From Candidatus Doudnabacteria bacterium (GTDB lineage Bacteria > Patescibacteriota > Doudnabacteria > UBA920): a stretch of 56,875 nucleotides of DNA. Below, piece by piece: positions 27,235 to 36,143 of the stretch. The stretch's first letter is position 1; each line of letters begins with the position of its first letter. Under the pieces are notes generated by a model. That model worked only from the letters and a program-made list of their open reading frames with translations, ran no database searches and was not told the origin of the DNA. A program made the translations under genes and the position numbers. Location of the stretch: positions 1 through 56,875 of the forward strand of contig JAHFJH010000004.1 in assembly GCA_023245995.1 (NCBI GenBank), in the 5' to 3' direction.

Positions 27235-27759
27235 ATGAACGAACAGGCTTTTACTAAAATTTGTCAACTTTTTGGGGAAAAGGATATTACCTATCAAGTT
27301 TGCGTACACGATGTATGCAGAACGAGCGAAGAATCGGCCAAGGTGCGCAAGGCAGCGGGTATGCCAGAGGCGGTGGGTGCTAAAGCTTTGCTGTGTAAAG
27401 TGGACTGGCGCACTGGAGAAAGTAGTTTTACTACTTTTGTACTGCCCGGTAGCCATACGTTAGACAAAACAAAACTAAGAGCAGGTTTACCCAACTTAAA
27501 ACAATTTCGCTTTGCCACACAAGAAGAGCTTATGGCGCTTGCGGGTGTAGTCCCCGGTTGCATGCCACCTTTTGGCAACCAAATATTTCCGAATATTTCT
27601 AAACTTTATATAAGCGAACAAATTTCCAAGTTTGAACGGGTAGCCTTTAACGCAGCCAAACTAGACACCAGTATTTGGCTATTAACAAACGATTATTTGC
27701 AGGCCGTGACCCCAGACGGTGTATTTGATTTTTCCGTTCCAAAAATAAACTTACTGTAG
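27235..27759 (+). CDS. YbaK/ProX-like aminoacyl-tRNA deacylase domain protein
   Basis: GAKALLCKV...FVLPG...L...GVVPGCMPPFG pattern of the YbaK/EbsC editing domain. Confidence 0.65.
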   Translation: MNEQAFTKICQLFGEKDITYQVCVHDVCRTSEESAKVRKAAGMPEAVGAKALLCKVDWRTGESSFTTFVLPGSHTLDKTKLRAGLPNLKQFRFATQEELMALAGVVPGCMPPFGNQIFPNISKLYISEQISKFERVAFNAAKLDTSIWLLTNDYLQAVTPDGVFDFSVPKINLL

Positions 27760-28377
27760 ACGTCGCCCAAGTTTGTTCCACTCGGTTATTTTTCCTGCAG
27801 CAATTTCTATTTTTTCTGCACGGCGAAGCAACCCCGCTTGTTTATTTGTAATAAGATTAAAATGCCTAGCCTCGTCTACTGCGTCCACCATATCCCACAA
27901 GTCTTTATCTGTAGTTTCCCATTCAAGACTATCGAAACGTGACAAATTTACGGACACTGAATACTCGCGTAAATTCTTTTTACCAGTTGTGTTGTCAAAA
28001 TATTCGTGAAAATAAGAAAGTGCGAGTTCGCGCAGTGTACGGTAAATTGGCTCACGAAAACGAAGAACTGCGTGATTGGTTTTACTTATTGCCCCCCAGC
28101 ACTTCCCTACCTTAAACAATGCCACCACATGGTCTTGATCTGGCTTCTGTACCCTTAAGTCCATAAGCAATGGTTCTTTTCCATGATAACGTAAAACAGA
28201 GGCTGCAAACATGGCACCCTCAAAACAGTGGGCCTTATTTATTTTTAATACGCGCAAAGGAGACATGTATGTCTCCCCATTACTTTCAAAATTGGCCGGA
28301 ATGGCATTTATAAAATCTTGAATTTTACTGGGCGTATTAAGTTTTTTATACACCCTCTGTTGTAACTTTGTAAGCAT
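27751..28377 (-). CDS. hypothetical transglutaminase-like (papain-fold) protein
   Basis: Candidate Cys (KAHCFEGAMFAA) and His (DQDHVVALFK) with the spacing typical of transglutaminase-like cores. 1-nt overlap with the upstream gene. Confidence 0.4.
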   Translation of the reverse strand: MLTKLQQRVYKKLNTPSKIQDFINAIPANFESNGETYMSPLRVLKINKAHCFEGAMFAASVLRYHGKEPLLMDLRVQKPDQDHVVALFKVGKCWGAISKTNHAVLRFREPIYRTLRELALSYFHEYFDNTTGKKNLREYSVSVNLSRFDSLEWETTDKDLWDMVDAVDEARHFNLITNKQAGLLRRAEKIEIAAGKITEWNKLGRRLQ

Positions 28378-28958
28378 TACCTAAATTTAATTGGAAAACG
28401 CACAAAGGCCGAATTTTCTAAAAGTCCAGAAGGATTGTCTTTTGCTACTTCTATAAAACCGTTGTCAGTAGCAGGAGCAACGAACGTAATTGTACCGGCG
28501 AAAGGCACGAGTTCATTAGTCATCCAGTCAGCAGCAGCTTGTCCATGACTCGCCGCTACTTCTGCGCCATTTGCGTCTAGTAACCGCAGGCCAATATTTG
28601 CCTCAAAAAACCACGACCCAAGTGCTTTCCCAGTTACCTTTAGTGGACTTACAACCAGTTGGTTAGGCTGCATGTGCTCTAAGTCTACTGGCGAACTTGC
28701 AGGCGACTGTTCTGTGCCCTCAATAAAGGTAAACTTCCCGCTACTACACCTTCTCGGATAGCTTTCTGTTACTGGGTTACCCAGAGCCATGCATTCCTCA
28801 AATGAATGTGCCGTTGGTTTATTTTTTATGACAGACAATGGTCTAACTAAAGCACTGCTACACCAACTGCTGTTACAGCCAACGAAAAAAAATATAATTA
28901 ATCCCACAGCGACAACGCAACACAAACCAAGGGTAATTACAATGCCTGTATTTTTCAT
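28377..28958 (-). CDS. membrane-anchored Gmad2-like immunoglobulin-fold protein
   Basis: TM anchor; small Cys module (FEECMALGNPVTESYPRRC); then VSPLKVTGKALGSWFFEANIGLRLLDANG...VPFAGTITF, typical of Gmad2 domains. Confidence 0.6.
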   Translation of the reverse strand: MKNTGIVITLGLCCVVAVGLIIFFFVGCNSSWCSSALVRPLSVIKNKPTAHSFEECMALGNPVTESYPRRCSSGKFTFIEGTEQSPASSPVDLEHMQPNQLVVSPLKVTGKALGSWFFEANIGLRLLDANGAEVAASHGQAAADWMTNELVPFAGTITFVAPATDNGFIEVAKDNPSGLLENSAFVRFPIKFR

Positions 28959-28960
28959 AG

Positions 28961-29992
28961 TTATTGCTCCAAATACTTTTGAAAATCTGTTCTATACATA
29001 TCTACTACGGCAACAAATACAGCCATTAAAATAGGCCCAAGCAAAAAGCCTAAAAACCCAAACACAGACAACCCACCAAGCACGGCAACCAACATAAGCA
29101 ATGGATGCACTTTCGTACTTTTTCCAATTAAGCGCGGTCCAACAACGTTGTCTACAAGCCCTACTGCAAGCGCACCCCAAATTGCCAAGCCCACAGCCTG
29201 CCCTACGTGGCCAGTTATCAATAAAAACAAAACAGCAGGCACAAGTGCAAGCGACGTCCCTACAGTAGGCACCAACGCCGCAAGTGTTGTAAACATTCCC
29301 CAAATTAAAAAATTCGGCATTCCAAAAATTACAAACCCAATAGTTGCAACTACGCCCTGCACGAGCGCTGTTAAAAATTGCCCCTTCACCACACCGTTTA
29401 CAGCAGAAGAAACTTTTACGAACAGGAGTTGTTCTTGTTCATTGTCTATGGGTGAAATGTCCAGCAGGATTGTTTTAAATTTATGCCCGTCTTTTAATAG
29501 ATAATATAAAGTAAACAAAGTAAGAAACAAAGAGAGCAAAAAAGTTGCTAAGTTTGAAACCAAACTAGAAAATGTCTGAAACGCATTTGCTGTAAGTTTA
29601 GAGGCAAGCGCGTTTAAGTCACTAGTGGCATTTTGTACAAAGTCTTGCAATTGGACAGGCAAACCACTAATTATTTGCCCCCGAGAAATAACTAAATCGC
29701 CGGATTTAAAATTATTGTATAAATTTAACGTCTGGCTAAACAGCACCTTACCCAAAACCACAACTGGAATAGCCACTATAAGCAACATAACCCCCACAGT
29801 GGCCAGTGCTGCCCAAGACTCCGATTTAAGATGCTTCAAAAACCAATGGAAAACTGGTTGAAACAAAACCGACAAAATAAATCCAAAGACCAAAATATTT
29901 GTAAATGGCCTGACTAAAGAAAAAGCCAAACCCGCCATGACGAGTAATAGAAACAAGAAGCTTGCAATTTGTAAACGCTTTTGTGCAGGCAT
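28961..29992 (-). CDS. AI-2E (PerM/UPF0118) family transporter
   Basis: 343 aa with the characteristic 8-TM layout and a central soluble insert. Confidence 0.75.
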   Translation of the reverse strand: MPAQKRLQIASFLFLLLVMAGLAFSLVRPFTNILVFGFILSVLFQPVFHWFLKHLKSESWAALATVGVMLLIVAIPVVVLGKVLFSQTLNLYNNFKSGDLVISRGQIISGLPVQLQDFVQNATSDLNALASKLTANAFQTFSSLVSNLATFLLSLFLTLFTLYYLLKDGHKFKTILLDISPIDNEQEQLLFVKVSSAVNGVVKGQFLTALVQGVVATIGFVIFGMPNFLIWGMFTTLAALVPTVGTSLALVPAVLFLLITGHVGQAVGLAIWGALAVGLVDNVVGPRLIGKSTKVHPLLMLVAVLGGLSVFGFLGFLLGPILMAVFVAVVDMYRTDFQKYLEQ

Positions 29993-30030
29993 ACGAAAAG
30001 AATAAAATTATAAATTCATTATAACAAAAT

Positions 30031-30059
30031 TTGCCAAAAATGAGTAGATGCGGTATAAT
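30031..30059 (+). promoter_or_regulatory. sigma70-type promoter TTGCCA-17-TATAAT
   Basis: Near-consensus boxes with a 17-nt spacer, 124 nt upstream of the typA ATG. Confidence 0.6.
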
Positions 30060-30076
30060 TATTCAGCTTTTGAGGA

Positions 30077-30098
30077 AAGCCCGATGGGGCTTATTTTT
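30077..30098 (+). terminator. short promoter-proximal hairpin plus U-tract in the typA leader
   Basis: AAGCCC-GATG-GGGCTT followed by ATTTTTG, about 15 nt after the predicted transcription start. Confidence 0.4.
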
Positions 30099-30182
30099 GT
30101 AGCATTATTGTTACAGAATACACCTAAGTTATACATAAACATACGGCACTAATCCATACATCTCCACTTATAAATAAACGAT

Positions 30183-32015
30183 ATGACCAGAGACAACATC
30201 CGCAACATTGCTATTATAGCCCACGTAGACCATGGCAAAACCACCTTAGTTGATGCCATGTTAAGACAAACCCACACCGTTAAAGACGACAGTGCGGACT
30301 TAATAATGGACTCGGGCGACTTAGAACGAGAACGTGGAATAACCATTCGGGCCAAAAACGCATCTCTTGTTTACAAAGACGTAAAAATAAATATTGTGGA
30401 CACTCCAGGTCACGCAGATTTTGGTGGCGAAGTAGAGCGTACCTTACGCATGGCTGACGGCGTCCTACTTTTAGTAGATGCCAAAGAAGGACCCATGCCA
30501 CAAACAAAGTTCGTGCTTAAAAAAGCACTGGAACTTGGGCACAAAGCAATAGTGGTAATAAATAAAATAGACAAACCGGACGCGCAAGTAGACCACACCA
30601 TAAACAAAACTTTTGACTTATTTGTACACTTAGGCGCAAATGACGAACAATTAGAATTCCCAATTATTTATGCTTCTGGTATTCGCGGATTAACTTCTAC
30701 CGACCCAGAAAAACTTAAAACACTGCTCGCAGACCCAGCCACTCCACCGGACATAACCGACCTTTTTGAAGCAGTTATAAAATACATTCCTGCACCACAA
30801 GTGGAAAGCGAAAAACCTTTTGGCATGTTAGTACTTGCGCTTGCCTACGATAACTACATTGGTAAAATTGGAATTGGTAAAATTACTTCCGGTAAAATTG
30901 CTAAAGGCCAACTGCTCGCCAAAATAAAACATGACGGCAGTAAAACTACTGGTAAAGTTACTGCACTGCAAATGTACCAAGGAATGAAAGCAGTAGACGC
31001 TTTGGAAGCAGAGGCTGGCGACATTGTGGCCATTGCTGGTTTTGACGACGTACAAATTGGCGAAACACTTGCAGACGCTGCAAACCCAGTACAAATTCCG
31101 CCAGTACATGTAGAACCACCCACAGTAAAAATGACTTTTGGTGTAAACACTTCTCCTTTTGCCGGCAAAGAAGGCAAGCTAGTTACTTCACGCACCATAC
31201 GCGAACGCCTCTACAAAGAACTGGAAACAAACGTTGCACTTAAAGTAGAAGACACAGACCAAGGCGACACTTTCTTAGTCTCCGGACGTGGTGAACTACA
31301 TTTAGCAGTGTTAATAGAAACCATGCGCAGAGAAGGCTTTGAACTACAAGTGAGCCAACCTCAGGTTATATTCCACGAAGAAAATGGAACCAAAATGGAA
31401 CCTTACGAAATGGTAACAATAGACGTACCCAGCGAATACCAAGGCACTATTATAGAAGAAATTGGCAAGCGCGCCGGCACCATGCTTTCCATGGACACAG
31501 CCCCCAACGGCGATGTACACCTAGAATACAACATGCCTACCCGCGGATTAATTGGTCTTAAAAACTTATTGCTTACCCGTACGCGCGGTACGGCGATTAT
31601 TAACAATTTGTTTGACAGTTACAAACCTGTCCACGACATAGACACCCACGCAAACGACCACGGCTCACTCATTGCCTCTGAGTCTGGGACATCCAACGCG
31701 TATGGCCTTAACAATGCGCAAGAGCGAGGCGTTATGTTCATTGGCCCTGCAGTCGATGTCTACGAAGGCATGGTGGTAGGACAAAACGCACTAGATAACG
31801 ATATAGAACTAAACGTTTGTAAAACCAAAAAACTCACTAACATGAGAAGTAGCGGTGCAGACGATGCAATTATCTTAGTCCCCCCTCGCCCAATAGAACT
31901 AGATATGGCTATGGAATACATTGGCCCAGACGAACTTGTAGAGGTTACTCCGAAGTCTATTAGAATAAGAAAAAGAATACTCAACGCAACAGAAAGAAAG
32001 CGCGCAGCACGTTAA
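30183..32015 (+). CDS. typA: translational GTPase TypA/BipA
   Basis: [19 protein letters not shown] (G1), DTPGHADF (G3), NKID (G4). 610 aa and BipA-type throughout. Confidence 0.95.
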   Translation: MTRDNIRNIAIIAHVDHGKTTLVDAMLRQTHTVKDDSADLIMDSGDLERERGITIRAKNASLVYKDVKINIVDTPGHADFGGEVERTLRMADGVLLLVDAKEGPMPQTKFVLKKALELGHKAIVVINKIDKPDAQVDHTINKTFDLFVHLGANDEQLEFPIIYASGIRGLTSTDPEKLKTLLADPATPPDITDLFEAVIKYIPAPQVESEKPFGMLVLALAYDNYIGKIGIGKITSGKIAKGQLLAKIKHDGSKTTGKVTALQMYQGMKAVDALEAEAGDIVAIAGFDDVQIGETLADAANPVQIPPVHVEPPTVKMTFGVNTSPFAGKEGKLVTSRTIRERLYKELETNVALKVEDTDQGDTFLVSGRGELHLAVLIETMRREGFELQVSQPQVIFHEENGTKMEPYEMVTIDVPSEYQGTIIEEIGKRAGTMLSMDTAPNGDVHLEYNMPTRGLIGLKNLLLTRTRGTAIINNLFDSYKPVHDIDTHANDHGSLIASESGTSNAYGLNNAQERGVMFIGPAVDVYEGMVVGQNALDNDIELNVCKTKKLTNMRSSGADDAIILVPPRPIELDMAMEYIGPDELVEVTPKSIRIRKRILNATERKRAAR

Positions 32016-32022
32016 AAAAAAG

Positions 32023-32050
32023 AGACCCCACCACTGCGGGGTCTTTTTTG
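32023..32050 (+). terminator. typA terminator
   Basis: GACCCC...GGGGTC stem followed by TTTTTTG. Confidence 0.7.
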
Positions 32051-32103
32051 TAATTTGGGAGTGCTATGTTTAATTGGTTATTTACTTTTGCCAGGAATAG
32101 CTA

Positions 32104-32703
32104 CTAACTTGCAAGCTTAGTACTGCCAGTAGCACAGTACCTATCCCAGAGCGGCAACCATTGGTCACGGAACACTGCCAGCAAGACCTTGTCCACTAAG
32201 CGACCATTCTTCCACAGGTCTTGGATGAGCCGGCCTTCTTCCTCGTAACCACATGTACGAGCATAAGCCAAACTCCCTGCGTTAAAATCGTAAACGCTGG
32301 AGCGAACTTTACGCAAGCCCATTTGGACGAAGGCGTTATGAAGCAAGAGCATCTTGGCGTCTGTGCCATATCCCTTACCCCAGAATTCGGGCAGACCAAT
32401 GACCGTACCGGTCCCAGCAGTCCCGTGCTGGAAATTTATGTGGTGCAAACCAATTGAGCCAATAAGCTTTGGCTCGTCGCCCAAGGTCTCCATACCCAGA
32501 GTAATGCTGTCCTGCCTTCCTGCCAACCCCTCAATCCACGCCCGCTCTTCAGCAAGGCTTATGAGTTGTTGACGCTTGAGAAATTTCGTTACCAATGGGT
32601 TATTCATCCAGCTCATGCATGCTGGGGCGTCCTCTACCGTCAAGGGCCGGAGCCTCACCTTATACCCAACAGGGAATGCAATCTGAGTTGCTTGTTCTAG
32701 CAT
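32104..32703 (-). CDS. GNAT-family N-acetyltransferase (RimJ/RimL-like)
   Basis: GLPEFWGKGYGTDA acetyl-CoA-binding motif. Start moved to ATG 32703 (GGAGGA 6 nt upstream), because the longer ORF (to 32772) would contain a terminator hairpin. Confidence 0.75.
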   Translation of the reverse strand: MLEQATQIAFPVGYKVRLRPLTVEDAPACMSWMNNPLVTKFLKRQQLISLAEERAWIEGLAGRQDSITLGMETLGDEPKLIGSIGLHHINFQHGTAGTGTVIGLPEFWGKGYGTDAKMLLLHNAFVQMGLRKVRSSVYDFNAGSLAYARTCGYEEEGRLIQDLWKNGRLVDKVLLAVFRDQWLPLWDRYCATGSTKLAS

Positions 32704-32750
32704 AATTCTTCCTCCAATTATTGTTGTAGTTACATCAAGACAACACAAAG

Positions 32751-32785
32751 CAAACAAAAATGCCTTGGCCATCTTGCCAAGGCAT
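32751..32785 (-). terminator. rho-independent terminator of the mini-gene
   Basis: Minus strand ATGCCTTGGC-AAGATG-GCCAAGGCAT followed by TTTTGTTTG. Confidence 0.7.
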
Positions 32786-32811
32786 GCATAAATTGAATTT
32801 AAAAAACTATA

Positions 32812-32922
32812 TTAGTTTCTAAGTTGATAACTCAATACATGCCCAAGCAAAAAGACCGCACCGCTAATTGTACTAGCGGAGCCAAGTGCAATATTTTGCA
32901 TTGAACAGTGATTGAATCTCAT
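32812..32922 (-). CDS. candidate 36-aa hydrophobic peptide (possibly leaderless mini-gene)
   Basis: Extended -10 TGGTATAAT (plus-strand 32930-38) lies 7 nt before the ATG. Peptide MRFNHCSMQNIALGSASTISGAVFLLGHVLSYQLRN. Has its own terminator downstream and follows the terminator of the upstream gene. Confidence 0.35.
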   Translation of the reverse strand: MRFNHCSMQNIALGSASTISGAVFLLGHVLSYQLRN

Positions 32923-32966
32923 ATAATACATTATACCATTTAAGTATACTAAAGTCAATATACCAC

Positions 32967-32994
32967 AAAACCCTCCCTTTGGTAAGGGAGGGTT
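32967..32994 (-). terminator. terminator of the 33586->33017 gene
   Basis: CCCTCCCTT-TGGT-AAGGGAGGG 9-bp stem with a T-run on the minus strand. Confidence 0.65.
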
Positions 32995-33016
32995 AAGCTC
33001 TATTTGCAAAACTTGT

Positions 33017-33586
33017 CTAATTCGTAGCAGATGTACTGGAAGATGTCGCGGTCTTAAAAGTTGCTTGGCAGGCAGCAAGTGCTGATATGCGAGCATCGCG
33101 GGCTGTTTTAAGTGCAGCTTCTCGAGTGGTACGGGCTGTTTTAGTGCTCGCTGTGAATGCGTCGTTTGCTGTTTTGCGAGCAGTGGCAAAAGCGTCTCTG
33201 GCTGCTTTTCTTCCAGCTTCGTCTGTGGCAGCTTTATAAGCAGTTTGGAAGTCAGTGCGTGCCTTTTCTAACGCAGACTTGCGAGTGTCATTTGCAGTTT
33301 TTGTTGAAGCCTTAAAAGCGTCGTTTGCGGCCTTTTGAGCATCCCTGAAAGCTTTCTCAGCTGCTAAACGACAATCCCTTAAAGCTTTTCTAGCTGCAGT
33401 ATTTTTTTCTACCATAGCCTTCTTTTCGGCCTTCATGGCTTCCATCTTGTCTTTATGCATCTCCTGCTCTTGCTTCATTTTATCTTTTAATTCCTGCGTA
33501 TTCTGCGCAGCAGCAAAGGCAGTAAGAGGACTCATAATAGCCGCAGACACAGCAATGGCTGTAGCGATTTTTGTAAAACGTGTCAT
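33017..33586 (-). CDS. secreted repetitive alpha-helical Ala/Lys/Thr-rich protein
   Basis: Signal peptide (AVSAAIMSPLTAFAAA); internal repeats ANDAF(K/T)ASTKTA...; no family recognised. Confidence 0.55.
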   Translation of the reverse strand: MTRFTKIATAIAVSAAIMSPLTAFAAAQNTQELKDKMKQEQEMHKDKMEAMKAEKKAMVEKNTAARKALRDCRLAAEKAFRDAQKAANDAFKASTKTANDTRKSALEKARTDFQTAYKAATDEAGRKAARDAFATARKTANDAFTASTKTARTTREAALKTARDARISALAACQATFKTATSSSTSATN

Positions 33587-33635
33587 GTTGTATTTCCTTA
33601 CTCTAAAAATAGAGAATTAATATTCAGCCCTTATA

Positions 33636-34598
33636 TTATACCACCTGCGCCAAAATAAGTTCCAGAATAACACGAGGCGGGGTTGTGGAAGACTTTAGCT
33701 CTATGTCTAAACTCTCTATTTTACTAAGCATTTCTCGCAACGCTTGAATACTTAAACCTTGAGACAAGCGTTTTACTACAAACAAACGACCAGACTTCCA
33801 ACCAGTGAGCGCAAGTATGTCGGAGTCTTGCATACGTCGTTCTGTAGCGTCTTTTACGATAAGCAAAGAACGAAGTTGTTCGGCTAGTAGAGCGTTTAAC
33901 TGCAAAGTCTTAGCAGTATCATCCGCGTCGCCACTTGCATAGTAACTTTCCAACAACTCAAACAAACGCGCACGGTCTTTTTTTGCAAGTGCATCTGAAA
34001 CTGCCAAACTTAAAGTTTCTCGTAAGTCCCCGACCAACGCCTCTACTGCGGACTTGTCTATGGGCAGGCCGTTTGCGTAAGTAAGTAATTTGGTAAGCTC
34101 TTGCTCAAGTTGCAACAACGACACTTCAGGCGATGCACCGAACCCGTTTCCTATTTGGTTTGTAGCGCCAAGTCGCAAAAGCAATAAGTCAATTGCACTT
34201 TCTTCTATGCTTACATGCTTTGCTGCAACAAAATTTTTAATCCACTGCGGTAAGCTTTCCAAAGATGGCGCCTCAAACTCTTTTGCATGCACATTTTTAT
34301 TGGCAGTTAGGTCTTTGTAAAACTTCGTGCGTTTGTCTAGCGCATCTTCTACAAACACAATATGGTTTTGAGTCGTTACATACTGTTCTAGCCTTGCGTC
34401 TGTAAGCCAATCTTTAATTAAGTTGTGTAACACAATTACTTGCGAACCGGAAAACAAATCCTGCGACAACAACTCGTCTAAACTTTTTGGTGCATTGGTC
34501 GCACTAAACTCCACCATAGGCAAGTTTGTCCTACTAGCAAGTGCCTTTAACGCTGTCCGCTTAGAGTGTTCGTCTGGCCCAAAATATACATACAACAT
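33636..34598 (-). CDS. holA: DNA polymerase III delta subunit-like
   Basis: About 320 aa. N-terminal YVYFGPDE...LFSGSQVIVL pattern and a helical C-terminal half typical of HolA. Start taken at ATG 34598. Confidence 0.55.
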   Translation of the reverse strand: MLYVYFGPDEHSKRTALKALASRTNLPMVEFSATNAPKSLDELLSQDLFSGSQVIVLHNLIKDWLTDARLEQYVTTQNHIVFVEDALDKRTKFYKDLTANKNVHAKEFEAPSLESLPQWIKNFVAAKHVSIEESAIDLLLLRLGATNQIGNGFGASPEVSLLQLEQELTKLLTYANGLPIDKSAVEALVGDLRETLSLAVSDALAKKDRARLFELLESYYASGDADDTAKTLQLNALLAEQLRSLLIVKDATERRMQDSDILALTGWKSGRLFVVKRLSQGLSIQALREMLSKIESLDIELKSSTTPPRVILELILAQVV

Positions 34599-34706
34599 GA
34601 GAATATTATAGCCTTTTCGAGCCTCACCACGCCACACTTCCCCTATGTATATATTCCGGTTATAATAAAGCAGTATTTTTAACTTATACTAGCACTCGTA
34701 GCTCAT

Positions 34707-34745
34707 CTCCGACGTAAAGTCGGAGCCCCGACTAAAACGTCGGGG
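34707..34745 (+). repeat. two adjacent similar hairpins (CCGAC...GTCGG arms) in the tRNA-Arg leader
   Basis: CTCCGAC-GTAAA-GTCGGAG immediately followed by CCCCGAC-TAAAAC-GTCGGGG. Confidence 0.85.
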
Positions 34746-34772
34746 TTGGATACACGCCCCATACCACTTGCT

Positions 34773-34849
34773 GGTCTCGTAGCTCATTTGGATAGAGCGC
34801 TTGGCTTCGAACCAAGAGGCAACAGGTTCAAATCCTGTCGAGACCACCA
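34773..34849 (+). tRNA. tRNA-Arg (anticodon TCG) with encoded CCA
   Basis: Acceptor GGTCTCG/CGAGACC, D arm, anticodon stem CTTGG/CCAAG with loop CTTCGAA, T arm ACAGG-TTCAAAT-CCTGT. Confidence 0.9.
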
Positions 34850-34933
34850 ATTGGTATGGGGTTCAAATCCCATTGTCTGACGTAGCTTCTTAGCCCGCCG
34901 AAGCTTTATGCGAAGGCTGGATAGCGAAGTTGG

Positions 34934-35563
34934 ATGCCGGGTGCACTAAAATATATGCAAGAACACCCCATAGAGCTAGAACTCCGAGCCGAGCTTTCTG
35001 CGTCTGTTAAATCTAATATACTAGAAAAACTTAAAGAAATTGGCTCTCTTACATCAAATACTAAACGCCTTTCGGTAATGTTTTTCGGGGAAGTTAACGG
35101 CCAAAAATTGGATATTCGAGTTCGTGTCACAAATGGGAATTGCGAAGTAGTAAGCAAAGCTGGAATATTTGGTTCTCATAACAGAACAGAGGTTTCGCAG
35201 AGCATAACCAAAGAGCAGTTTATAGGCATGGTTCGTTTTTTGTCTCAGTTGAAATTTGAAACAAAAATTGGAGAAAGAGAAACAACAAATTTTGAGCTAC
35301 CAAATAATATTATAGCTTCTGTAGTTTCCGCTAAGCATATCTGCTATCTTGAGCTAGAAAAAATATCCACCAGCGCTGAAGAGAAGGCAAATCATATTGA
35401 ATTACAAAACTTAGCCAGCCAATTAGCAGTTACACTTATTAACACAGAGGATGAATTTCAGGAACTAATTAAGCGCTTAAACAACGAAGTAGACTGGTTT
35501 TTTAATTACACTCCAGAAGACTATAAAGAACTTGAAACTACCCTTCACAACTACTTTAGTTAG
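34934..35563 (+). CDS. CYTH-like (triphosphate tunnel metalloenzyme) domain protein
   Basis: N-terminal IELELRAEL (ExExK-like) and a series of alternating charged beta-strands (LDIRVRV, CEVVSKAG, RTEVSQS, CYLELEK). Start is 34934 or 34955. Confidence 0.45.
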   Translation: MPGALKYMQEHPIELELRAELSASVKSNILEKLKEIGSLTSNTKRLSVMFFGEVNGQKLDIRVRVTNGNCEVVSKAGIFGSHNRTEVSQSITKEQFIGMVRFLSQLKFETKIGERETTNFELPNNIIASVVSAKHICYLELEKISTSAEEKANHIELQNLASQLAVTLINTEDEFQELIKRLNNEVDWFFNYTPEDYKELETTLHNYFS

Positions 35564-35572
35564 GTATAACTT

Positions 35573-36121
35573 ATGGACCTACCTTCGCATGTTTTATGGA
35601 CTTACGCCCTAGAAAGAGTTACTGCTCCAAATTTTGTAAATAGCAATTTGGAGTTTGTACTGGCCAGTTTATTTTTTGCAGCCTTGCCGGACCTTTTAGA
35701 ATCTACCCCATTTTTAATTTATCTTACCTTACATCGCAAAAAGTACAACCTTAAAAAGCTAGTATCCGTATACTCCTTTGCCATAGATATAAACCACAAC
35801 AGACAAAACGAATACGACGCTAGTTTCCCATGGGCAGCTAAGATTAGTTTTTATACTCATAGTTTTTTGTTGTTCATACTTTTTGCCTTACTTCTAAGAA
35901 GTTTCTCCCACTGGTTGTCTTTTTCATTCTTAATAGGTTACGGTTTACATTTGTTTATAGACGTTTTCCTACACAAGGACTACTTCGCATCTAAGCCGCT
36001 TTACCCACTAAGTAATTTTTCTATTTACGGGTTTATTACTTGGTATAAAACAAAAAACTTTTCAAAGTATAATTACAGCTTGTTGTTTCTAACATATTTA
36101 ATGCTTTTTTGGTTCAGGTAG
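35573..36121 (+). CDS. membrane-bound metal-dependent hydrolase-like protein (YdjM/DUF457-like)
   Basis: N-terminal MDLPSHVLW and C-terminal GLHLFIDVFLHKD His/Asp motifs in a 4-5 TM protein. Confidence 0.4.
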   Translation: MDLPSHVLWTYALERVTAPNFVNSNLEFVLASLFFAALPDLLESTPFLIYLTLHRKKYNLKKLVSVYSFAIDINHNRQNEYDASFPWAAKISFYTHSFLLFILFALLLRSFSHWLSFSFLIGYGLHLFIDVFLHKDYFASKPLYPLSNFSIYGFITWYKTKNFSKYNYSLLFLTYLMLFWFR

Positions 36122-36143
36122 TTAAAGTATACTTTTAACACTT

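Noticed and set aside
32704-32772. Longer N-terminus of the GNAT gene (start at 32772)
   Set aside because: The extension contains a 10-bp-stem terminator with a U-tract. The internal ATG at 32703 has a GGAGGA Shine-Dalgarno at proper spacing.
32812-33189. 125-aa ORF from the six-frame track
   Set aside because: Its first two thirds overlap the 33017-33586 gene in another frame and run through that gene's terminator hairpin. Only the last 36 codons, with their own -10 box, are kept as a candidate.
34850-34880. Second tRNA gene immediately after tRNA-Arg (GGGGTTCAAATCCC T-arm look-alike)
   Set aside because: There is no matching acceptor stem, D arm or anticodon arm. The T stem would have only 3-4 bp. 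It is treated as a tRNA-like fragment, not a gene.
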